Source: an uncultured Verrucomicrobiae bacterium
GTDB taxonomy: Bacteria; Verrucomicrobiota; Verrucomicrobiia; Limisphaerales; Palsa-1400
DNA: 64,000 nt
NCBI GenBank assembly: GCA_963702845.1
Contig: OY969763.1
Coordinates: 5,088,001 to 5,152,000 of the forward strand
Reading direction: 5' to 3'
Part shown: piece by piece, positions 30,306 through 38,325 of the stretch
Position numbering within the stretch: position 1 is the first letter of the stretch
Layout of the letters: every line of letters begins with the position of its first letter
Translations under genes and position numbers: made by a program
The notes under the pieces: model-generated
Told to the model about the DNA's origin: nothing
The model's database searches: none
The model's input: the letters and a program-made list of their open reading frames with translations, nothing else

Positions 30306-31010
30306 AGTTCATAACGGAAAAGATCCGAATTCCAAAGCTACGGTCATCAGCACAAAGTTTGGACCTTCGATGTTGGAGTTTCTCTGGAGCTTGGATTTTG
30401 GTGCTTGGAGCTTTTCTCTTAACCGGTTGTCTATCCCGCAAACCGCTCGACAAGGAAACGTTTGCATTCACCGCTCCTCAACCTGCGCAGGTCGGCGGCG
30501 CCGCCAATGCTCCCGTCCTCACCTTACGCGAGGTATCGGTGGCGGCGCCATTCGACTCAGCCTCTCTCACGTATCGGACCTGACGCGTTCTCCTACGAAC
30601 GAGACCCCTATGCCGGCTTTCTTGTTTCTCCCGCCGAAAGTCTCAAAGGTCCAATCCGCGCCTTGCTGCAAAACACTGCAAGGTTTTCCGCTGTTACCGA
30701 CGTGGACAGTTCTTTGCGAGGAACTCTCGATCTCGAAATTTCGGTGACGCAGATGTATGGCGATTTTCGGAATAAATCCCAACCTACTGCTGTGCTCGAG
30801 ATGCACTTTGTTCTATTTCAGCCGACGCAACGGTTCGGTCGCGGCGAAAAACTTGGATCAGGGTTAGTGTTTCAGAAGACTTATGCTCAACGCATTCCGC
30901 TAAAAGAGCGTACTGCAAATGCAGTGGTCGAGGGCCTCAATGAAGCCCTCGGCCACATCGTGAGTCGATTTGCATCAGACACGAGCAACACGCCCGCGCT
31001 GCGCGATTAG
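30302..31010 (+). pseudogene. PqiC-like ABC auxiliary lipoprotein, frameshifted at about 30580
   Basis: The first frame gives LLTGC...VAAPFDSASLTYRT-stop (30583). A second frame continues AFSYERDPYAGFLVSP...LEISVTQMYGDFR to 31010. Confidence 0.75.
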
Positions 31011-31078
31011 ACGCGGCTCGCTAGAGTTAAAATCCGTATTTCATCTCGGTCTCATCCGTGACTAAACTCCAGCGAACA

Positions 31079-33199
31079 ATGACCAGTACGACAATATTAG
31101 CCTATGCCGGTGCCGCATTGGCCGTGCTCTTGGCCGCGTTGGTTGCGCGTGGGCCACGCCGCTCCATTGCGCATTGGTGTTTCGCTCTCGGCATGGCGGT
31201 GCTCGCGGTGGAAAATCTTTTCATCGCATTCAGCTTCGAGTCGTTCGACATCAGTGAAATTGCACTGTGGCAATATTGCCGGTTAATGACGCTGGCATTT
31301 TCACCAGTCCTTTGGCTGGTCTTTAGTCTCAGCTACGCGCGTGGCAATGCACGTGAGTATCTATCGCGTTGGAAGCCCGTCTGTATCGCATTTGCCATTG
31401 TGCCGCTTGGCGCAGCCTTGTGGATCGGCTTTCGCCACCAGGCGCTTATCATCGCTCCACAGATCAGAGTTCAGGAATGGATTCTTCGGCTCAATATCGC
31501 GGGCGTCGTTCTTTATATCGCAGTGCTGCTCACGACGATCCTCTCGCTCATCAACCTGGAACGCACATTCCGCGACTCGGTCGGCACGATGCGGTGGCGC
31601 ATTAAATACATGGTGCTCGGAGTGGGTCTGTTTCTTGGCACGCGCGCCTACACCACAAGCCAGGTCCTCCTGTTCCGCTCTGTCGATCCGCAACTGCTGC
31701 AGATCGAAACAGCCGCACTCCTGCTCGGCTGTATCGTGATTACCCGTTCATTGTTCCGCCCTGGCCATTTCGACCAGAACGTTTATCCATCCAAAAACGT
31801 GCTGAACAACTCGCTGACCGTATTGATCACCGGAATTTACCTGCTGATCGTCGGTGTATTGGCGAAGGTTATTGTCTACCTCGGCAGCAGTTCTGCCGGG
31901 TTCACCGAGAAAGCGCTCGCAGTTCTGATTATGCTTGTCGGCATCACCGTGTTGCTGACGTCAGAGCGCGTTCGCCTCTCCACGCGTCGTTTCTTCAGCA
32001 GCCATTTTCAACGGCCGCTTTACGATTACCGCAAAGTGTGGAAAACGTTCACCGACGCCACCGCCTCGCGCATGGAACAAGCCGACCTCAGCAGCGCCGT
32101 TGCGAAAATGTTGTCGGAACTGTTCCAAGCCCTTTCGGTGACCTTGTGGAGCGTCGACGAACCGAACCAAGCCATCACCTTCGCCGCCTCGACGTCACTC
32201 TCTCAGCAAAGCAGCGAAGCGATTCGGCCCGCCCGTGAAGAAGCGTCCGCGATCATTGCTGCGATGCGTGCCAATCCCGATCCGCAGGATATCGACGCGT
32301 GCAACGACAATTGGGCCGCGACCTTACGCCGTTGTCACCCCAACCAATTTAAACAAGGCGGCCATCGCGTGGTCGTTCCGATGAGCGCAGGCGGCGAACT
32401 TCTCGGGATTATTATTCTGGGCGACCGCGTCAGCGAAGTGCCGTTCGCGCTACAGGATTTTGAATTGCTCAAAAGCATCGCCGATCAAACCGCGGCCAGT
32501 CTGCGCAACATCCAGCTGTCGCAACGCCTCGCGCAAGGCAAAGAAATGCAAGCGTTCCAAACCATGTCGACTTTCTTCGTACATGATTTGAAAAACACCG
32601 CGTCCACGTTGTCGTTGATGCTCCAGAATCTTCCTGTTCACTTCAACGACCCGGCCTTTCGCGAAGACGCCCTGCGTGGCATTGGCAAAACCGTCAATCA
32701 CATCAACGACCTCATTCGCCGCTTAAGCATGTTGCGGCAGGAAATGAACGTTCGCGCCGTCGAGACCGACCTCAATAAACTTGTGCAGGACGCATTAAAA
32801 TGTGTTGAAGGCGCTCCCGGCATCGAAGTCTTCTCTAACTTTGCTCCACTGTCTCCAATAGCGATCGATCCGGACCAGGTTCAAAAAGTAATCACCAACC
32901 TGATGCTCAATGCGAAAGAAGCAATGAGCTCCGGCAAGATCCAGGTCCAGACCGCACAACAAAATGGTTGGGCGGTCATCACGGTAATCGACACGGGCGC
33001 GGGCATGACTCCGGAGTTCATGAGCAAGCAACTCTTCCGCCCGTTTCAAACTACCAAGAAACAAGGCATCGGAATCGGCATATTCCAGAGCCGCATGATC
33101 GTCGAAGCGCACGGCGGCCGCATGGAAGTCCAGAGCGAACTCGGCAAAGGCACAACGTTTCGCGTTTTATTACCGGTCAAAGCCAAACCGACAGCCTAA
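31079..33199 (+). CDS. prsK: PEP-CTERM system sensor histidine kinase
   Basis: Multi-TM N-terminus, YDYRKVW, GAF domain, STFFVHDLKN H-box and LFRPFQTTKKQGIGIG. Confidence 0.88.
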   Translation: MTSTTILAYAGAALAVLLAALVARGPRRSIAHWCFALGMAVLAVENLFIAFSFESFDISEIALWQYCRLMTLAFSPVLWLVFSLSYARGNAREYLSRWKPVCIAFAIVPLGAALWIGFRHQALIIAPQIRVQEWILRLNIAGVVLYIAVLLTTILSLINLERTFRDSVGTMRWRIKYMVLGVGLFLGTRAYTTSQVLLFRSVDPQLLQIETAALLLGCIVITRSLFRPGHFDQNVYPSKNVLNNSLTVLITGIYLLIVGVLAKVIVYLGSSSAGFTEKALAVLIMLVGITVLLTSERVRLSTRRFFSSHFQRPLYDYRKVWKTFTDATASRMEQADLSSAVAKMLSELFQALSVTLWSVDEPNQAITFAASTSLSQQSSEAIRPAREEASAIIAAMRANPDPQDIDACNDNWAATLRRCHPNQFKQGGHRVVVPMSAGGELLGIIILGDRVSEVPFALQDFELLKSIADQTAASLRNIQLSQRLAQGKEMQAFQTMSTFFVHDLKNTASTLSLMLQNLPVHFNDPAFREDALRGIGKTVNHINDLIRRLSMLRQEMNVRAVETDLNKLVQDALKCVEGAPGIEVFSNFAPLSPIAIDPDQVQKVITNLMLNAKEAMSSGKIQVQTAQQNGWAVITVIDTGAGMTPEFMSKQLFRPFQTTKKQGIGIGIFQSRMIVEAHGGRMEVQSELGKGTTFRVLLPVKAKPTA

Positions 33200-33203
33200 C
33201 AGA

Positions 33204-33920
33204 CTAACCCCACTTTTCGGTCTTCATCTGCTCCTTCGGAACCTTTAGTTCCTTCAGCACCAGATTTTCCGTGGCCTCAACCAAAGCATTCGGACCGCAC
33301 GCGTAGAAGACCGTGTTCGGCAAGTCCGTGGCGTGGCTGCGGACCCAATCGGCGTCGATGCGACCGCGCCGGCCGTCCCAGGGATGAGAGGCGTCCAAGC
33401 GCGTGCAAGTGACGTGGAATTTAAAATTCGGATTCTCCTGTTCAAGCTTGCGAAATTCTTCGTTGAAGATGACATCCGTCGTCGTCCGCACGCTGTAGAG
33501 AACGCTAATTTTGGTCTCCAACTTGCGGCGTGTCGCTTCGCGAACGAAACCGCGGAAAGGTGTCACACCAGAACCGCCGGCGATGCAGATCAAATGTTTG
33601 TTCGGTTCGAGCACCGGAAGAAAACGGCCGACCGGCGGAATCACCCAAAGCTTTTGGCCGGTCTTAACCCAGTCGACAAGACGCGTGCCCATTTTGCCAT
33701 CGCGCTTGACGGTGATTTCGTAGCAACCGCGGTCGAGGGCGCAGGAGGAAAGTGAGTAGGCGCGTTTGTATTCGGGGGCGTCGGCGAAATAAACTGTGAT
33801 GAACTGACCGGTTTTGAATTCAACGTCGTAACCGTCAGGCCATTGCAGGCGCAAAGTTTTCGTATCCGGCAACTCCATGGTTGCCGCGTCGACTAACATT
33901 TCTACGATCTGTTTTGCCAT
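33204..33920 (-). CDS. Ferredoxin reductase-like FAD/NAD(P)-binding oxidoreductase
   Basis: GQF, RAYSLSS, AGGSGVTP, YACGP and C-terminal EKW. Confidence 0.88.
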   Translation of the reverse strand: MAKQIVEMLVDAATMELPDTKTLRLQWPDGYDVEFKTGQFITVYFADAPEYKRAYSLSSCALDRGCYEITVKRDGKMGTRLVDWVKTGQKLWVIPPVGRFLPVLEPNKHLICIAGGSGVTPFRGFVREATRRKLETKISVLYSVRTTTDVIFNEEFRKLEQENPNFKFHVTCTRLDASHPWDGRRGRIDADWVRSHATDLPNTVFYACGPNALVEATENLVLKELKVPKEQMKTEKWG

Positions 33921-34000
33921 AGGACACGCCCTGCAATAGGCGAAAAAGCAGGATAGGTAGGAATCAAAACCTGTAAAGGCGGAATGTGTGGGTAAAAAGA

Positions 34001-34079
34001 AAATTCGAAACAAACCCCAATTTTCAAATATTCAAATCGGCTGAACAAAGCAACGTTTCGGATTTCGGATTTCGAATTT
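34001..34079. repeat. Heptamer-based imperfect inverted repeat (AAATTCGAAA / TTCGGAT)
   Basis: AAATTCGAAA...TTTCGGATTTCGGATTTCGAATTT. A related half-element lies at 59345-59386. Confidence 0.6.
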
Positions 34080-34094
34080 GGGCGGCGGGGAAGG

Positions 34095-34178
34095 TGGTGC
34101 GCGAGAGAGGACTTGAACCTCCACCCCTTACGGGACCAGATCCTAAGTCTGGCGTGTCTGCCATTTCACCACTCGCGC
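34095..34178 (-). tRNA. tRNA-Leu (anticodon TAG)
   Basis: Reverse complement: GCGCGAG acceptor, TGGCAGACA D-loop, CCAGA-CTTAGGA-TCTGG anticodon arm, long variable arm, GGTTCAAGTCC, encoded CCA. Confidence 0.97.
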
Positions 34179-34191
34179 AAAATGAATAACG

Positions 34192-34220
34192 AGAGTATCT
34201 CAGGGTTGGTCCTGAATCAA
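34192..34220 (-). promoter_or_regulatory. Sigma70-like promoter for tRNA-Leu
   Basis: TTGATT-N17-TACTCT, 13 nt upstream of the tRNA. Confidence 0.6.
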
Positions 34221-34333
34221 GGAGGGGAAAGAAAAGGTATTCAGTTCAGTCCGTTTGATCTCGTTTACTACGGTTGGGTGCGGTTTACTGCGGATAGCTG
34301 TGGGAGTGAACGTGACGACGGGGGAGACCCCCA

Positions 34334-34445
34334 CCCTTCCCGGGGTGTACAGCCGTTACATCGTTACAACCCTTGTAAACATTGGTGATTTTTTCGTTTT
34401 TACCCGTTACAAAAGCCGTTACAGACCCTCTGCGGAGGCGTAACA
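34334..34445 (+). repeat. Dispersed box element, copy B (CCGTTAC)
   Basis: Boxes at 34353, 34361, 34404 and 34416; leader CCCTTCCCGGGGTGTACAG; spacer contains GTAAACATTG. Confidence 0.75.
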
Positions 34446-34454
34446 AAATCAAAC

Positions 34455-34489
34455 AAAAAAGCCCCTCCCGATTTTCTCAGGAGGGGCTT
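34455..34489 (-). terminator. Intrinsic terminator of the porin gene
   Basis: Stem AAGCCCCTCC/GGAGGGGCTT with an A6 run, U-rich on the minus strand. Confidence 0.8.
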
Positions 34490-34507
34490 CGAATTATCTA
34501 AGTCAGC

Positions 34508-35848
34508 TTAGAATTTGAAGACCAAGTTCGCCGCAACCATGACTGCGTTGCGTTCTGTGCCTTTGATCGAATCAATCTGGGCATCTTCGTTTTCAGCGGC
34601 AAAGGACTTGCCACCGAAGGCGTCAGCATTGCCGTCAGCCTGGTGGTCCCAACGGACTTCCAAACGGCTGATGACGTTCTGCCACAGGTCGTATTGCAAG
34701 GTGCCGGTGACGGCGATGACCTTGCGAAGCGGGTTACCACCAAAGCCAGTCTGGGGGTCACTGAAGTCGGTCGTGCTGCTGCCATTGAAGGCATCAGCCA
34801 AAGCGCCGAGGCCTGCGCCACGAGCGTATTCACCGCGCAGGTGGATGCTGGCTTTCTCGGACAGCTTGAAGGAAGCGTAAGCGGCAACCGCCGAGTTGTA
34901 GCCGGTATCAGCGCCAGCAACGTCCAGGTGACTAACGGAGTCCCAAGCCACGCCGAGGGTCAGGCCCTGGCAGGGAGTCTTGATCGTCGCGCCGACATAG
35001 AACTGAGTCTGGTTTTCGGCTGAAAAGCCAGTGCCGTTATTAATGTTGAAACCACCGCTGGCGCCAGGACCGTATTCGATACCAGCATACAGGCCGGAAC
35101 CACCGATCCCGCCCCAGCTTTCGGGAGCGGTCAGGTTGATCATGCCGATGTAAGCCTTCTTGGATTCAACGGTCGAGCCGAAGTCACCACTGGTGTTACG
35201 GGCGTTGATCGGACCTGTAGCTACGGTATTCGCGATGCCAGCGCTCAAAGCGAACGAGTCGCAGACTTTGTAGTCAGCAAGGACACCAGTCATTTCGGTC
35301 GGCTCGAAGGTATAACCGTAAGAACGGGTAAAGTTCGGGTCTTTGTAGCTGTCGGTGGATTCATAACCGAGCGGAGAATCAAAACGACCAATTTTCCAGT
35401 CGAGTCCGTTGCCGAGCGGCATGCGGAGATTCAGGTAGGCCTGGCGAACGTGTTCGGCAATGCTGCTGGAGAAGGTTGGGTTGCCAGCTGCGTTGACGCC
35501 GTTAACAGCGGCTTCACCGGTTGCGCCGGCAGTGTCAGGTCCAAACATCAAGTCAACCACGTAACCGGAAGACCATTGGCCTTCTTCGAGCGGTTTGGCG
35601 ATGTGAAGATCAACGGAGTCCAGGTTGAACCCGTCTTGTTTGCCTTTGTTGAATGCGAACGGCGCTGGGTTGAGGTTTCCGGTGCCCGGATTCCATTCCA
35701 TCGACGTATCGACATACCCACTAATGGTGGTTGCAGAGAGAGCGGTCAACAATGGGGTTGTCTTGGCTGCGTCATCTGCGCGGACTGCTGACGTCAGGCT
35801 GACGAGCCCAACGGCTGCCAGACCTAAAGTCCATTTATTAATTTTCAT
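34508..35848 (-). CDS. Outer-membrane beta-barrel porin (BBP2/OmpL-like)
   Basis: Signal peptide, TTISGYVD, QAY, KIGRFDSPLGYE, RLEVRWD and C-terminal Phe; AGGAGG RBS. Confidence 0.85.
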   Translation of the reverse strand: MKINKWTLGLAAVGLVSLTSAVRADDAAKTTPLLTALSATTISGYVDTSMEWNPGTGNLNPAPFAFNKGKQDGFNLDSVDLHIAKPLEEGQWSSGYVVDLMFGPDTAGATGEAAVNGVNAAGNPTFSSSIAEHVRQAYLNLRMPLGNGLDWKIGRFDSPLGYESTDSYKDPNFTRSYGYTFEPTEMTGVLADYKVCDSFALSAGIANTVATGPINARNTSGDFGSTVESKKAYIGMINLTAPESWGGIGGSGLYAGIEYGPGASGGFNINNGTGFSAENQTQFYVGATIKTPCQGLTLGVAWDSVSHLDVAGADTGYNSAVAAYASFKLSEKASIHLRGEYARGAGLGALADAFNGSSTTDFSDPQTGFGGNPLRKVIAVTGTLQYDLWQNVISRLEVRWDHQADGNADAFGGKSFAAENEDAQIDSIKGTERNAVMVAANLVFKF

Positions 35849-36173
35849 CAAGTTCCTCCTACGATTTTTTCTATTCGTTTTTATGCGATTCTGCTGGGTA
35901 AAAACGGTTTACCCGCGCACCAAAAACGGTGCATTGAGGCGGACAATGGCAAAAACGGGTTTGTTTGACAACTAGTTTTTTTGGGTATTTTTGACTCAAC
36001 TAAGCCGTCAAATTCTCAGAATTGAAAGGTGTGCCTCTCCGGCGCGCCTAAAACAAGGACACAATTGGTCGTTAACTTGACATGTTTTGGGTCGTTCTCG
36101 CCGCTGATAAACCGAAAACATCCCGGGAATATCGAGGATGAGAATAAAGTGCGAGGACAAATGGGAGCGGGCG

Positions 36174-36833
36174 TCAACTTAACAACCAAAATGCCCCAAC
36201 CGCTAGTGCTGCAGTAGAACAACCCCACATCAGCTTGCGGTAGGCTGCAACTTTGTCTGTCAAACGATCAGCGACCTTGCCCATGCTTAACGCAAAAATG
36301 CCCATGGCCAGGACTGTGCCGACACCGTACGCCACCAGATATATAATGGCTTGCGTTTTTGTCGGCATCGCCAGCGAAGGCAAAATCGCAAGGAAATGAG
36401 AACTGCCCGCCAACCCGTGCAAAGTGCCGATGCCGAAAGCAGCGTGCGTGTGCACATGGTGACTCGGTGTATGCGTTTTCCCGGGCGCGTGCATATGTAT
36501 ATGCTCGTGTTGCTCGCCGTCATGGCCGTGTTCGTGAGCATGAATGCGCAGTGCAGCGCGGAATCCCCACAAGGCAATTCCGATCAGCATCACACCGACA
36601 AGACGTTCGCTCCACGAAGAAATCAAATCAATCGGCAACAATCCGCGCAGACAAAGTGATAAGACGCCGACGAACAATACACCGGAGGCATGGCCCGTTC
36701 CCCAGCGGATGCCATTGCCCCACGCGCGCGTCGGAGCTTTAGCCGCCAAAGGCGCAATCGCGGCAAGATGATCCGGCCCGGACAGGACGTGGATCAATCC
36801 GGCGATGAACCCAGTCAATAGAACGATAACCAT
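36174..36833 (-). CDS. His-rich nickel/cobalt transporter (UreH/HoxN-like)
   Basis: HVLSGPDHLAA, WGTGH, a His-rich loop and GTLHGLAGS. Confidence 0.85.
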   Translation of the reverse strand: MVIVLLTGFIAGLIHVLSGPDHLAAIAPLAAKAPTRAWGNGIRWGTGHASGVLFVGVLSLCLRGLLPIDLISSWSERLVGVMLIGIALWGFRAALRIHAHEHGHDGEQHEHIHMHAPGKTHTPSHHVHTHAAFGIGTLHGLAGSSHFLAILPSLAMPTKTQAIIYLVAYGVGTVLAMGIFALSMGKVADRLTDKVAAYRKLMWGCSTAALAVGAFWLLS

Positions 36834-36888
36834 GGTTTGTCTGGGCGAAGGTAATGTGGAAGGAGCGACTGCGCCAACAAATTAAAAA

Positions 36889-37014
36889 AGTTCAAACTCC
36901 GATCGAAACTTCAAACTTCAGAGAAACTTCAAGATCCAAGCATTCAAGTTCCAAACCTTTGACGGCACCATGCCTTGCTTGGAATTTTGAGCTTCTCTGA
37001 AGTTTGGAGTTTTT
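36889..37014. repeat. Heptamer-based inverted repeat element
   Basis: AAACTTCAAACTTCAGAGAAACTTCAAGATCCAAG ... CTTGGAATTTTGAGCTTCTCTGAAGTTTGGAGTTT. Confidence 0.75.
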
Positions 37015-37088
37015 CCGGGACGTGCCACGAAATCGCCTATCGTCAAAATTTCCTTTAGCGTCCCATCTGTAATCAGTAGTTTATCGCC

Positions 37089-37457
37089 ATGCAGTTTCAG
37101 ATCATCTTCAATCCCATCAGCGCCTCCGAACTCGCGAAGATGCCGCGCGAGCTGCAGCTTAATATACTAGGTGAATTTCGCGGCTTACCCCACGAAGTCC
37201 TGACCAGTGACCTGGAACATTTCGGCAAATTGGAACGGCACGGCAAAATCTTGCACCGCTTTCGTCTCGGTGATTACCGAGTCTATTTCGAACGTCACGA
37301 CCTGGGGGTCGTCGTCCACCGCATCCTCAGCCGCAACACGCTGAAAGATTTTTTGTTCCGCTCGAGCTTGCCGACGGGTGAGGACAAAGTGTTGGAAGAA
37401 AACCCGAAATTCTGGGAACTGATCGAAGCCTCCAAGGTTAGTTCAGAGAAGAATTAA
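37089..37457 (+). CDS. RelE/ParE-fold protein
   Basis: FQIIFNPISASELAKMP...RFRLGDYRVYF...VVVHRI fits the RelE-like pattern; has a C-terminal extension. Confidence 0.7.
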   Translation: MQFQIIFNPISASELAKMPRELQLNILGEFRGLPHEVLTSDLEHFGKLERHGKILHRFRLGDYRVYFERHDLGVVVHRILSRNTLKDFLFRSSLPTGEDKVLEENPKFWELIEASKVSSEKN

Positions 37458-37508
37458 ACCACCAAGTCACCAAGAAGCCTTGTTTTCCTTTGTGTCTTGG
37501 TGGTTTAA
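37454..37508. repeat. Palindromic element between convergent genes (possible bidirectional terminator)
   Basis: TTAAACCACCAAG...CTTGGTGGTTTAA, with perfect 13-bp terminal inverted repeats. Confidence 0.75.
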
Positions 37509-38128
37509 GCCGGCACGTCTTCACCTAATTCAACATTCCAGTACGCCAAATCGAGGAAGTGCTTCCAGCTGTCGTGCTGGTGGAACCCAAGGTTGACCTG
37601 CACAAATGGTCGCCACTTCGGTCGCTTCGGCTTACGGACCAGATGTATGCCGGCTTCCTGCGGAGTGCGATTGGCCTTCTGCGTATTGCAAGGGATGCAA
37701 GAGCAGACGATGTTTTCCCAAGTCGTCGGACCGCCGCGATCACGCGGAATAACATGGTCGAGGTTGAGGTCTTTGCGATCGAACACAATACCGCAATATT
37801 GGCAGGTGTTACGGTCGCGTTCGAAAATGTTGTGCCGGGTGAACTTAACTTCCTTCTTTGGAAGGCGATCAAACATCAACAGCAGAATGACTCGCGGCAC
37901 GCGAATGCGGAATGACACCGTGGAAATGCTCTCCGGGTGCGGCGCCTTATCGGAAAAATCGCGCCATTGATTGAAATTGTAGGTTTGGAAAACACCTTCG
38001 TCGTCGCCAAGCACAACCTGAGCGTGACCCTCGAAGACGAGAGCTAATGCACGACGGGCTGTGCAGATGTTGACCGCTTGCCACAAGCGGTTGAGCACAA
38101 GCACGTGTTGATTAAGGAACGTGTTCAT
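37505..38128 (-). CDS. HNH endonuclease (McrA-like)
   Basis: VLVLN, RHNIFERDRNTCQYCG, DHVIPRDRGG and WENIVCSCIPCNTQK. Confidence 0.92.
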   Translation of the reverse strand: MNTFLNQHVLVLNRLWQAVNICTARRALALVFEGHAQVVLGDDEGVFQTYNFNQWRDFSDKAPHPESISTVSFRIRVPRVILLLMFDRLPKKEVKFTRHNIFERDRNTCQYCGIVFDRKDLNLDHVIPRDRGGPTTWENIVCSCIPCNTQKANRTPQEAGIHLVRKPKRPKWRPFVQVNLGFHQHDSWKHFLDLAYWNVELGEDVPA

Positions 38129-38325
38129 GAACAATCTGCCAAAAGATTACACAGCCCCTATAGGGGTGTCAACGCGGGCAATAACGTTATCGGTCGGCCC
38201 TTTTAGCCAAATTAACCGGATTTTCGCGATTGAAGCATTTTCGGAATTCAGCTTCGGTTTGTCATAGAACCGGTTTGTGTAATGGTGGTTTGAGGAATTA
38301 GAGTAGCCGTTCCTAACGGAACAAC

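Noticed and set aside
34095..34178. tRNA-Leu as an island attachment site
   Set aside because: No integrase and no duplicated tRNA 3' end seen in the window.
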